Shown here piece after piece: positions 43,079 through 52,654 of a stretch of DNA of 64,000 bases. Every line of letters begins with the position of its first letter. Position 1 is the stretch's first letter. The notes under the pieces are model-generated. The model saw only the letters and a list, made by a program, of their open reading frames with translations, made no database searches and was not told the origin of the DNA. The stretch lies in the NCBI GenBank assembly GCA_963812275.1, contig CAWEUQ010000008.1, positions 122,104 to 186,103 on the forward strand. Direction: 5' to 3'. The DNA comes from an uncultured Alphaproteobacteria bacterium. GTDB lineage: Bacteria; Pseudomonadota; Alphaproteobacteria; Rhizobiales; Kaistiaceae. The position numbers were made by a program, and so were the translations under genes.

Positions 43079-43316
43079 CGGAAATCTCCCCCTTTTTATG
43101 CACCATCGATGCGGTCGATGGCGCCCCGCCTTCGACACTAATTCGTGGGCGAGGACATGCACGGACCAACCGGCCACGGAGTGAATCCGCGGTTATGGCG
43201 TCACATCGAATTTGGTAAGAATGCTGCCGGGTGTCCGACACCACGGATGCGTGGCGGCGTCGGGACGTTGCCGGATGGTGCAGCGTCGACGGAGTGACTG
43301 CCCCGGCGGCTCGCCG

Positions 43317-43525
43317 TCAGACCCGGCTTGCCTCGATCCGCGTGCCCGGTGACACCCGGGCGAGAATGCGGACATCGTCGGCAGTGGTTGCCCAGATATT
43401 GGCCGGGCTCGCCAGCCGGATCTCGTCGCCGCGGCTGACCGGCGTCGGCCCGAAGCCGATTGCGATCGCGTCGCCGTCGGTCCAGAAGGCGATTTCCCCG
43501 GCTTCGACCACCGCCCGCGCGTCCG
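43317..43525 (-). pseudogene. Truncated copy of the cyclophilin-like gene (3' half only)
   Basis: [28 protein letters not shown]...IEASRV*; no 5' half. Confidence 0.88.
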
Positions 43526-43780
43526 GCGGTCACCGAAAAGACCGACCTATATGACGCGCTGAAGATCGGGCTGATCTCGATGGATTCGACCATCCGCTCG
43601 AATCTGACGGTCGGGCTGCCGATCGACCTGCTCGTCGTCCACCGCGACGCGATCGAGCCGGACCTGATCTATCGCATCGACGAGACCGAGCCGTATTTCC
43701 ACGACCTGCGCGAGCATTGGTCGGCGGCGCTGCGCGAGGCGCATCAGGCGATCCCCAAGCCGCCTTACAGCATGGAATAG
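43525..43780 (+). pseudogene. Truncated copy of Anbu (3' third only)
   Basis: [26 protein letters not shown]...PPYSME*; no start or catalytic Thr. Confidence 0.9.
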
Positions 43781-43884
43781 GCCGCGTCGCCGTGGTCAGG
43801 CATTGATCAGAGACGCGTCGGCACCGGTAATTTCGATGGTCGCCGTCGCGGTCGCGGTTCCTCCACGCACGCTCCGTAGGCGAG

Positions 43885-45295
43885 TCAATTCGGATCGACT
43901 TCCGTCACGGGTGGAGGCGCCCAGGTGCCATCCAGTGCGGCTTCCTTCGGCCAGTAGAGCCGCATGACGAGCAGGAAGGGCCCGTCCGGCGCCGGCAGCC
44001 AATTGGCCTTTTCGTCGGGATCGGTCGGCTCATCCTTCTGGATGTAGAGCTTGACCGAACCGTCGGCGTTCTTCTTGAGGTCCGGCAGCATGGGGGAGTT
44101 GACGAGATAACGGTCGATCTCGTTTGCAACCAGCAGCTTCGTCCTGGCGTCGTACATGGTCACCGACCAGAAAGCGTGGACCGGTGGCAGCTCGCCCGGC
44201 GGGAAGGTCAGCGTGTATCGATGGGCGCCGCCGTCCTTTTCGGTGAAGGGATAGAGGGCCTCGGCTGCATCGTTACCGTAGATGCCTTTGACGGCGGCCG
44301 CTGCTCTGAGCAGGTAGTCTTCGCCGAGCATCGCCCTGGACCCGAACCCCTCTCTGCTGATCTGCCATCCGTGTATGTCGTGACCCCAGTCGGCGGCTCG
44401 CTGGTGGATCTTTTCCGCGCCGGCTTTCAGCCCCTCGATCAGCGCCGCCTTTTCCTGATCGGACCACCCCTCGGTCGAAAAGGGCTTGCCCGGCACGATC
44501 CCGATGCTGGCGAACTTCTGCCGCAGCGGCTTCTCGACGGCTGCGGAACCTGTCGCCGGGGCAAACTGGAGCAGGAAGGAAAGATAACCCAACGGGTCTT
44601 TCGCCGCCAATTCCTTGTCGATCTTGGGCCATGTCACCGGCGGGGCCGGTTGCGGCGACTTCTCATCGAGAAACGCGGAAAGCGGCCGGACGCTGTACTT
44701 GGCCTGAATGGCCTTCACATTGTCGATATCGGCCGGATCGAAAAGCTGGGTCCGGAAGATGGCAAAGGCGAAATCAGTACCGGACTTGAAAGCCTTGTCG
44801 ATCTTTGCGGGCTTCTCTCCGGTCCAGGACGGACCGGAGATCAGGTAGCAGCCTTGACCGTTTCCGGTCGCGCGGCTGCCGATGTAGCCGAAGTTGTATG
44901 TGTAGAGTGAAACGAGCTGGACGGAGTAATACCGATCCTTCGGTATCTCGGGAACGCAGACGACCTGCGGCTCGGCGCGCAGGTCCATCCAGACGAACGA
45001 ATACGGCGTATCGCTGTTGGGCAGGATGACCGCCGTGTCGGCCGGCGTGTAGACCTTCGCCTCGTTGACGAGTTCGTTGAACGGCCCCTTGAATTGCGGT
45101 CCATCCCTGTCGACGGCATATGCGTACATCGTGCCGTAGTTCATGACCATCGGCAGCGCGTAGATTGCCGCCTGTTCGGCGATCGTCCGGATTTCGTCCG
45201 TCGAGGGACGTTCCTCCGCGGCGATGGTCAATGGGGATGCGGCCAGGCTCAGTAGCGCAACAGCGGCCAGGAGATAACGCGCGCCATCGATTCAC
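43885..45295 (-). CDS. DUF1254/DUF1214 family secreted protein (frameshift in signal peptide near 45280)
   Basis: AIYALPMV, PNSDTPYS...DLRAEP, RYYSVQL, YTLTF...PPVHAFWSVTMYD, NWLPAPDGPF...RLYWP; signal-like RYLLAAVALLSLAA upstream of ORF 43885-45231. Confidence 0.85.
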
Positions 45296-45425
45296 CAATC
45301 CCTTTGCGTGATTGCGGACTGCTTCCAACCGGCATTTCAGCAACAAACCCACCGGCCGGGAGCGCGGTTAGCGAGCAACGGGTCAGCCGCCGCCATATCG
45401 CGGCGGCCAACCATCTCATTCGGAG

Positions 45426-46391
45426 CTACGGCTTGTAGTTGCTCATTCCGGGACCGGTCTTGTCGTAGATATTGAAGAATTCGTCCGCCATGATCGTGGC
45501 GACTCCTCCTTCCGGAACTTCGTGGTTGTCCTGTTCCAGCTCGACGACACGCACCTTCCACCCCTCCGGGAGATTCTTGAAGTTGGCTTCCCCGGCGGCC
45601 ATGAACTCTTCGTAGGTGTGTTGCGGCTTCAGGCCCAACTCGAAGCCTTTCATGATCCATGTGTTGCCATCGGCATCGTCGATGAGCATCACCCGGGTGC
45701 CCTTGTTCCAGTTGATCGCGCTCTTCCGAGCAATTTTCTGCGGCTCGTATGGCTTGATGGTGTGGATGCTGAGATTCTTGCCCATACTGAGTTGAGCAGT
45801 CCAAGGGGCCTTCAGTCCGCCGAACTCCCGAACCTTGCCAACTTCGACATCGAACCAGTCGGGGATCCAAAGTTTGGGGCCATTCAGGGAAGCGCCCAGA
45901 ACGCCGTATTGTTCCTTGATTTGGCTCATATTGAGTGCAGCAACAAGCGACTGCGGAGCGGAGTCCTTGTCAGCGGGAATATCCGGGTTGGCATAGGTAC
46001 CGTAGCACTCGGCGACGATGTCTCCCGTTTCCGGATCGATGCCGGCAAGGTACATCTCGATGAAACGCATGAGATGGGAGTTTTCGATGCGCTTGGTCAC
46101 GGCGTGATCGCCGTCGGAAAGCACCGCAGGTTCGGGCTCGGCCAGCGCCTTGAGGCATCCTTGCGACAGGTCCGCAACATGCTTCGCCATGCAGGCCTTG
46201 ATGCGTCCCTCGCCGGGAAGCACGCCGTCGCAATTCCGTGCGACGTCGCCCGAACACTCCCGGACGACATCAACACCATGGTCGAGCTTTTCCCACGCGC
46301 CTTCCGCAAGCGCCGGCTGTGCCAAGGCACCCAACGCCGCAGCGGCAATCCAGAGGCTCTTCAGGCCGACAGATCCATTCCAGTTCATCAC
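45426..46391 (-). CDS. Secreted protein: one Cys-rich repeat plus a domain of unknown function (paralogue of 46525-47322)
   Basis: Signal peptide ending ALA; CSGDVARNC...GRIKAC...LSQGC; shared NGP, RKS, DxDGxxWxM, PxGWKxRV, DExxNxYD motifs. Confidence 0.8.
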   Translation of the reverse strand: MMNWNGSVGLKSLWIAAAALGALAQPALAEGAWEKLDHGVDVVRECSGDVARNCDGVLPGEGRIKACMAKHVADLSQGCLKALAEPEPAVLSDGDHAVTKRIENSHLMRFIEMYLAGIDPETGDIVAECYGTYANPDIPADKDSAPQSLVAALNMSQIKEQYGVLGASLNGPKLWIPDWFDVEVGKVREFGGLKAPWTAQLSMGKNLSIHTIKPYEPQKIARKSAINWNKGTRVMLIDDADGNTWIMKGFELGLKPQHTYEEFMAAGEANFKNLPEGWKVRVVELEQDNHEVPEGGVATIMADEFFNIYDKTGPGMSNYKP

Positions 46392-46524
46392 CTATTGCTC
46401 CCTAGCTCGGCAGGTCGAACTTCTCCGACAGCCCGCGGTTCAGTGTTAGCCGCGGGCTGTGAGAGGTCTTTCCTTCTTGCGCCACGCCGCAACAGCATGC
46501 CTTCAGTTGGTGAACAGCCGGCAC

Positions 46525-47322
46525 TCAAGGCTGAAAGCTGCAAGCGTCTTCCTTGCAGGCGTCGTAGGTGTTCTGGAGTTCGTCCTGGACGATCCAGTTG
46601 TAGCCTTGGGGGGTCGAGACGGTCAGGTCCTTGTCCAAGGTGGCGACGCGGTACTTCCATCCGGCCGGCGGCTTGATCTTGTCGCCGAGGTTCATGAGGT
46701 CGTCATAGGTCAGGCTCGGGTCGACGATCTTGCCGAATGCCTGCATCACCCACGGCGTGCCGTCAGGATCCTCAAGGATGAATACCGGCTTGCCCTTCTC
46801 GAAGGTGAAGCTCGATTTCCGGTGCGACTTGAGCTCCTGGTAGGGCTCCATATGCGCGACCTTCAGGCTCGCGCCCTTGGGAAGCTTGCCTTCGCCCATC
46901 CAGCGGGTCTCGATGCCGTCGAAGGCGATAACCGGGCCGACCGGGAGCGTGATCGAGTCCATGGTCCAGCCGCGCGGGCCGTTCTTGTAGGCGCCGATGA
47001 CGTCGTATTGCGCTTCCAGCCCCTTAACCGTCACCTTGTCCCACATGTCGGCGGGGCAAGTGTCTGTCTTGTCGACGCTGTTGTTGAGCGCGCTCGTGTT
47101 GTAGTAGACGCCGGCAATGCCGGTTTCGGGCGTTCCGGTGAACAGCCACACCTCGCAATACTGAACCGCGCGGAGCGACTCGTACGTCATGTCGGCCGGC
47201 TTTTCCGGAATCGGGACGGGCTCCCGGTCCGCGGCAAAGGCGGGCGCTACAAGGACGCTCGCCAGCAGGGCAGCAAGCAGGCTGGCTCGACCAGCCAAGA
47301 CCGTCGTCAGTTGTGATTTCAT
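46525..47322 (-). CDS. Secreted protein of unknown function
   Basis: Signal peptide ending AFA; strong RBS; aligns along its length with the C-terminal domain of 45426-46391. Confidence 0.8.
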   Translation of the reverse strand: MKSQLTTVLAGRASLLAALLASVLVAPAFAADREPVPIPEKPADMTYESLRAVQYCEVWLFTGTPETGIAGVYYNTSALNNSVDKTDTCPADMWDKVTVKGLEAQYDVIGAYKNGPRGWTMDSITLPVGPVIAFDGIETRWMGEGKLPKGASLKVAHMEPYQELKSHRKSSFTFEKGKPVFILEDPDGTPWVMQAFGKIVDPSLTYDDLMNLGDKIKPPAGWKYRVATLDKDLTVSTPQGYNWIVQDELQNTYDACKEDACSFQP

Positions 47323-47483
47323 GTCCTTCCCTTCCCACGCTGGAGCGCGTTCTCGCATCGGGACCGCGCCACGTTTCGACAAGTGCAACCCGCTCGCAAA
47401 AGCTGTAGCCTTGCGCAATAATCGCGATGAACCGGCGACCTCTTGTGTCGGCCGCGGTTGGGAAGGGTAGTGATCAAAGATCG

Positions 47484-48569
47484 ATGTTGCCGGCCACCCA
47501 TTTTGCGCCAGAGCCCCAGCGACTTTCGGCGCGATCGTTCCTCAGTTCAACGACGCTGATCACCGTCACTGCGCTGGCGGGCGTGTCGGGCTTCGTCCGC
47601 GACGCTTTTGGCGAACGCGTCCTGAAGCACGCCAACCACGCGGCGATGCTCGATATCGAGGCGATCGAGGACAAGGACTGCTTCGTCCCGCACCTCGTGG
47701 TTTCGAGCTTCGCGGACACCGTCGCGCATCTCTCCGGCGAGGAGCATTTCGGACTGATTGTCGCGCCCCATTTGACGATAGCCAGCAAGGGCTGCTGGGG
47801 CGAGTACATGCTCGGCGCGCCGACGCTGGGCGAAGCGATCGAACGCGGCATTGCGACAATCGGCTACCACAGCCTCGGCGATAGTATGTCCCTGGTCGTC
47901 GACGGCGCGGAGGCGCGGTTCGGCTACAGCAGTGCCGCGAAGGGACAACCCGGGTATGCCCACGTCGCCCTCGGCTCGGTGGGTATCATGTTGAGTCTCT
48001 GCAGGGAGTTCCTTCCCGCGCGATGGCGCCCGCTACGGCTTGAGCTGGATTTTCCGACGCCGGGCCGCCCCTCGATCTTCGAGGATGCTTTTGAATGTCC
48101 GGTTATCTTCGACGCCCCGGAACTTCTGATCTGCTTCGAGTCCTCAGGGCTGATCAGACGTTCGTCGCGCGGTGGCGAATATCCCCGGCTGACAGTCGGG
48201 GATATTGCCCGCGCGCGATTCGACTGGGGCAAGCTCGACAGGCCCGGCGACATCATCGCCCAGCAGGTCTGGGCCCAGGTGCTGACGGGAACAGTTTCGA
48301 TCGAGAGCGCCGCCGCCTCCCTGGATACGAGTGTGCGCACCCTGCAGCGCGAACTGAATCGCGAAGGAACGAGCTTCCGGGACCTCGCCAACACCCTGCG
48401 GGCGAAACGTGCGATGGAGCTGCTGCGGGAGACCCGCTTGTCGGTGACCGAGATATCGGCCACTCTCGGCTACTCGGCGCCGGCCCATTTCGCTCGTGCT
48501 TTCCGCAATGCAGTGGGTATCAGTCCGCACGAGTTCCAGCGGCATCATCCGCCGAAGGTCGCAGCTTAG
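47484..48569 (+). CDS. AraC family regulator (OruR-like N-terminal ligand domain)
   Basis: APTLGEAI, FECPVIFDA, SVRTLQRELNREGTSFRDL, SVTEISATLGYSAPAHFARAF; divergent from the secreted-protein genes; start uncertain. Confidence 0.9.
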   Translation: MLPATHFAPEPQRLSARSFLSSTTLITVTALAGVSGFVRDAFGERVLKHANHAAMLDIEAIEDKDCFVPHLVVSSFADTVAHLSGEEHFGLIVAPHLTIASKGCWGEYMLGAPTLGEAIERGIATIGYHSLGDSMSLVVDGAEARFGYSSAAKGQPGYAHVALGSVGIMLSLCREFLPARWRPLRLELDFPTPGRPSIFEDAFECPVIFDAPELLICFESSGLIRRSSRGGEYPRLTVGDIARARFDWGKLDRPGDIIAQQVWAQVLTGTVSIESAAASLDTSVRTLQRELNREGTSFRDLANTLRAKRAMELLRETRLSVTEISATLGYSAPAHFARAFRNAVGISPHEFQRHHPPKVAA

Positions 48570-48689
48570 GACAAGGGGCCGGTATCAGATCTAGTTGTCC
48601 TTAATGTCGATGCAGCCCTTGAGGCCGGACTGGTCGTTCGGCGACTTTCAGCAATGATGATGTCCGAGTTGGGTCACGAGCTGCCTTCG

Positions 48690-48978
48690 TGGCGCGACCT
48701 GCCAGATCAGTATGGTCCTTACACAACTTGCTATAACCGTATCGTCCGTTGGCGACGCGCCGGCGTTTGGGATCGCCTCTTCGAGGCCGTTGCCGATCTC
48801 GACAAGCCAACCTGAAGATGATCGACAGTACCGTCGTGCGTGTTCATCAGCATGGCGCGAGCGTTCGGCGCGCCGCCCGCCACTGCACCGGACGTTCCCG
48901 CGGCGGTCTGACGACCAAGATTCATGCCGTGGTGGACAGCCAAAGGCTGCCGCCGCGCTTCATGCTGAGCGCCGGCCA
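48690..48978 (+). mobile_element. Internal remnant of an IS5-family transposase
   Basis: WRDLPDQYGPYTTCYNRIVRWRRAGVW, then (shifted) MIDSTVVRVHQHG...GRSRGGLTTKIHAVVD; no ends seen; cut at the repeat boundary. Confidence 0.85.
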
Positions 48979-49057
48979 GTGGCGGCGTCGGGACGTTGCC
49001 GGATGGTGCAGCGTCGACGGAGAGACTGCCCCGGCGGCTCGCCCCGGCGGTTCGTCG

Positions 49058-49429
49058 TCAGACCCGGGTTGCCTCGATCCGCGTGCCCGGTGACACCCGG
49101 GCGAGAATGCGGACATCGTCGGCAGTGGTTGCCCAGATATTGGCCGGGCTCGCCAGCCGTATCTCGTCGCCGCGGCTGACCGGCGTCGGCCCGAAGCCGA
49201 TGGCGATCGCGTCGCCGTCGGTCCAGAAGGCGATTTCCCCGGCTTCGACCACCGCCCGCGCGTCCGCTTCGCGCGGCACGGAAATATCGGTGCCGAAGTA
49301 GACCTCTTCGCCCCATGTCAGCGCTGAACCGCTGAACGGCAGCGCATCCCAGATCGCGTCGGCGGTCGGTGTGTCGCGGAGATCGAGGGTGATCGTCACA
49401 CCCTCGAAATCCAATGTCATTTGCCGCAT
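49058..49429 (-). CDS. Cyclophilin-like fold protein
   Basis: [13 protein letters not shown]...TWGEEVYF...[20 protein letters not shown]. Confidence 0.85.
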   Translation of the reverse strand: MRQMTLDFEGVTITLDLRDTPTADAIWDALPFSGSALTWGEEVYFGTDISVPREADARAVVEAGEIAFWTDGDAIAIGFGPTPVSRGDEIRLASPANIWATTADDVRILARVSPGTRIEATRV

Positions 49430-49493
49430 CTCCGCCCTCCCCGGCCGCGCGTCTTCCCGCGGCCGGTTTAGGGCGAAAGCGCGATCCGATCAA

Positions 49494-49763
49494 TCAATGC
49501 AGGGTGAGCTGCGTCGTCACCGGCTTGAACTCCCCTGTCCGCACCAGCTTCTTGTGGGCGACGGTCACCGAGTGGAGCGGCCCATCGAGTTCGCGCTGCC
49601 AGAAATCGAGGAAGCGGCGAAGCTCGGGAAATTCCGGGGCGAGGTCGTAGGTCTGCCAGACGAAGGTCTGGAGAACCGAGGGATGGTCCGGCATGTGGTA
49701 CAGAATCTGGGCGGTGACCATCCCATACTCGTCCCATCTGTGACTCAGCACTGTCCCCGGCAT
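49494..49763 (-). CDS. usg: Usg family protein
   Basis: TAQILYHMPDHPSVLQTFVWQTYDLAPEFPEL...FWQRELDGPLHSV. Confidence 0.88.
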   Translation of the reverse strand: MPGTVLSHRWDEYGMVTAQILYHMPDHPSVLQTFVWQTYDLAPEFPELRRFLDFWQRELDGPLHSVTVAHKKLVRTGEFKPVTTQLTLH

Positions 49764-49844
49764 CGCAATGCTCCTTCCGTCGGTGTCCAAGCGGCGATTC
49801 AAGCCGTCTCGCCAGGGAACAGGTTCCCTCGCACTCTGGAAAAA

Positions 49845-49860
49845 TGCAATTACCGTACCG
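49845..49860 (-). promoter_or_regulatory. Sigma54 (-24/-12) promoter upstream of usg
   Basis: Minus strand CGGTACG-GTAA-TTGCA, GG-N10-GC spacing. Confidence 0.6.
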
Positions 49861-49915
49861 GAAAAAGTCTCGTCGAATCAGGCGATTAGCAGCAGGCCGC
49901 GACGAGTGCTGACAG

Positions 49916-51533
49916 TCACGCCGGCTTGCCGCCGATCGCGGCCAGTGCCTCGGGCGTATCGACGTCGACCGCCACCGCCCGCCCCGTCTCGACCTCGACC
50001 ACGGCGTCGCGATGGGCGCCAATCAGGTGTCTCCCGCCGGTGTCGCCCTCGACGGTCAGGAGCTCCGCAAACAGGCGTTTTGACCACAGCACCGGATTGC
50101 CCCTTTTGCCCTCGAACGTCGGCAACACGATCAGCGCGCCGGCGTCGGGATCGAAGGATTCGACAAGCCGATCAATGGTTTGCGCATCGACGCCCGGCAT
50201 GTCGGCGAGCAGGATGACGGCGCCGTCGATCTCCGGCGACAGCGCAGCGATCCCGCGCTTCAGCGACGTCGAGAGACCCTCGGCATAGTCGGGATTGTGG
50301 ACGAAGCGGACGTCGAGCCCGTCAAGCGCGGCCTCGATGTCGGCCGGCTGGTGGCCGGTCACGACAATCACCGGATCGGCCTTGCTGGCGCGCGCCGCCG
50401 CGACCGCGATCCGCACCATCGGCAGGCCGTCGACCGTGGCGACGAGCTTGTTGGGTCCGCCCATCCGCCGGGAGCGGCCGGCCGCGAGCACGATCGCCGC
50501 GACCTTCGGCGCGCGGTCCGGTTCGGGAAGCGCATCGCCGCCTTCGCGCGGCTGTGGTCGCGAGACGATCTCCATCAGCAGGCCGCCGACGCCGAGCCCG
50601 GTGACGTCCTCGGGCGTGACCGAAAGGCCGGCGAGCAGACGGTTGAGAATCCAGTCGAAGCCGTTTTCCCTGGGACTGCGCGCGCACCCCGGCGCCCCGA
50701 TGACCGGCACATTGCCGATCTCGCCCAGCACCAGGAGATTGCCCGGGTCGACTGGCATGCCGAAATGGAGGACACGGCCGCCGGCGGCGACGATTCCCGC
50801 CGGAACGACGTCCATTTCGTCGACCGTCGCCGATGCGCCGAAGACGACGAGCAGGTCGGCGCCGTCCCCGGCGAGAGCGCCGAGCGCCTCCGCGACGGAA
50901 CCGGAGTCATGGGCGACCCGGCTTTCTCCGATCAGTCCGGCCCCCGCCGGCGCGAGGCGATCGGCCAGCAGCTGTCTGGTCTTGTCCATCACCGCCGGCT
51001 TCAGCGACGGCAGCGAGGTCGCCACCAGCCCGACCTCTCAGCGGCCGGAACGGCGCGACCCGGATCGCGCCGGACGCCGCCCTGAGCGCCTCGTCCAGCC
51101 GCGCCCGGGCCACCGCGAAGGGAATGATCTTGATCGTCGCCGCCATGCGGCCGGCCTCGACGACGCTGTATTCGTCGAGGGTCGCCACCGTGATCGCGGG
51201 ATCGACGCGGTTCAGCCGGTCGATCGCCGCGCGGTCGACGACGAGCAGCCCGGCGGTTTCCGCATAGAGGTTGGATCGTCCGGTGAAGGGGGGATCGACG
51301 CGCAGCCCCTCCCCGGCGATCGCCTTTGCCAGCGCCTCGGCCGCGGCATCTTCGTGAATGTCGCTGTCGTCAAGGACGGCGGCGACGACTTCGGCGATCC
51401 CTGCCTGATCGAGTTCGGTCGCTATTGCCGCCGAGAGGACCGTCCCCTTCCGCAGCATGCCGCCGGGATGCCGGACCGAATGCGCGAGGATCGCACCGAC
51501 GGCGTCGGCGACCGGAACAGTGCCGAATTTCAC
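49916..51533 (-). CDS. Molybdopterin-binding domain / MocA-like nucleotidyltransferase fusion (frameshift near 51035)
   Basis: MKFGTVPV, FTGRSNL, GMPVDPGNLL, PGCARSP...NGFDW; LAAGRSRRMG, NPDYAEGLSTSL, LADMP, RGNPVLW, DVDTPE. Confidence 0.88.
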
Positions 51534-52237
51534 GCGGCCGCCTCGCTTGCCACGTCGCGCTGGCGGAGGGCAGCGATGATTTGCGCCAGAACCGCCACCG
51601 CGATCTCGGCCGGCGACTGGGCCCCGATCGCAAGCCCGATCGGGGCATGGATCGTCTCCAGCGCCGTATCGTCGACGCCGGCGGCGCCGAGCCGCTCCAG
51701 GCGCTTGGCATGGGTCTTTCGGCTGCCGAGCGCACCGACATAGAAGCAGCCGGCGTCCAGCGCCGCGGCGATCGCACCGTCGTCGATCTTGGGATCATGG
51801 GTCAGGGCCGCCAGGGCGGTGAAGCGGTCGAGCCCGACCTCCGGTATCGCCACGTCCGGCCACTCCGCGAAAAGCGGCACGTCGGGAAATCGCTCCTCGG
51901 AGGCGAAGGCGGTGCGGGGATCGATGATCGTCATGTCGAACCCGGCGATGCGCGCCATCGGCGCCAGCGCCTGGCTGATATGGACCGCGCCGATCACCAC
52001 GAGGCGCGGCGGTGGTACGCTGACCGTGAAGAAAAGATCGTCCCCTTCGGCAGGCTTGACCATACCCGAGGTTCCCGAACGGAATCGCGCGGCGATCTCG
52101 GCGCTGAGCGGATCGGCGCCGTAACCTTCCTTTTCGAGGATCAGCCGCTCCTCGCCCGACGTGGTGTTGGTGATCAGGATCGCGGCGTCGCGCGCCTGCC
52201 GGGCCGTGTTGAGCCGCCTCAGGGTGTCGAGCTTCAT
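51530..52237 (-). CDS. xdhC: XdhC family protein, C-terminal (Rossmann) half
   Basis: IGAVHISQAL, THDPKIDD, YVGALGSRKTH, PIGLAIGAQSPAEIA. Confidence 0.9.
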   Translation of the reverse strand: MKLDTLRRLNTARQARDAAILITNTTSGEERLILEKEGYGADPLSAEIAARFRSGTSGMVKPAEGDDLFFTVSVPPPRLVVIGAVHISQALAPMARIAGFDMTIIDPRTAFASEERFPDVPLFAEWPDVAIPEVGLDRFTALAALTHDPKIDDGAIAAALDAGCFYVGALGSRKTHAKRLERLGAAGVDDTALETIHAPIGLAIGAQSPAEIAVAVLAQIIAALRQRDVASEAAA

Positions 52238-52247
52238 GATCTATTCG

Positions 52248-52586
52248 CTAGTCCAGCTTCTCGACATAGACCCGGATTCGCCCGCCGCAGGATAACCCGA
52301 CCCGCCAGGCGGTCTCGTCGGCAACGCCGAATTCGAGCATCCGCGCCTTGCCGTCGCTGATGACGTCGACCGCCTCGGACACCACTGCGCCTTCGACGCA
52401 GCCGCCCGAAACCGACCCCTCGAAATTGCCGTCGCCGTCGACCACCAGATGGCTGCCGACCGGCCGCGGCGCCGAACCCCAGGTTTCCATGACCGTGGCG
52501 ATCGCGACGTCGCGTCCGCTTTCCCGCCAGCCTTCGGCCGTGGCAAGGACGTCCAGATTGGCTTCCGCGCCTGATTGAGTTTCCAT
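52248..52586 (-). CDS. XdhC/CoxI family protein, N-terminal half as a separate gene
   Basis: ATVMETWGSAPRPVGS, GSVSGGCVEG, GLSCGGRI. Confidence 0.9.
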   Translation of the reverse strand: METQSGAEANLDVLATAEGWRESGRDVAIATVMETWGSAPRPVGSHLVVDGDGNFEGSVSGGCVEGAVVSEAVDVISDGKARMLEFGVADETAWRVGLSCGGRIRVYVEKLD

Positions 52587-52654
52587 GCTCGCCTCCATCG
52601 ATAGCGATATTTCCAACTGAATATAACGATGCGGGACGGAACGCCAAGGGCGCG

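Larger units (their letters stand above)
41086..43863 (+). repeat. ~340-bp diverged direct repeat (41086-~41424 and 43525-~43863): Anbu 3' end plus 3' tip of the surface-protein gene
   Basis: Offset 2439; 14 mismatches counted in the 256-nt Anbu part, 13 of them synonymous. Confidence 0.95.
43251..49266 (+). repeat. ~275-bp diverged direct repeat (43251-43525 and 48979-49266): 3' half and downstream region of the cyclophilin-like gene
   Basis: Near-identical sequence with a few substitutions and a 13-bp indel at a GCCCCGGCGG tandem. Confidence 0.95.

Noticed and set aside
44225-44270. Possible short in-frame deletion in the DUF1214 domain (EALYPFTEKDGGAHRYTLTF looks short)
   Set aside because: Based only on recollection of homologues; it needs an alignment and cannot be supported here.
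48640-48690. TGTCCGAGTTGGGTCA-like motif as a dispersed repeat or cassette recombination site
   Set aside because: Only one clear copy in the window; the weak look-alikes near 36750 and 63595 do not align convincingly.
51530-52586. Split xdhC as a pseudogene
   Set aside because: Both halves have their own start and stop and intact motifs; two-gene XdhC arrangements are known in alphaproteobacteria.
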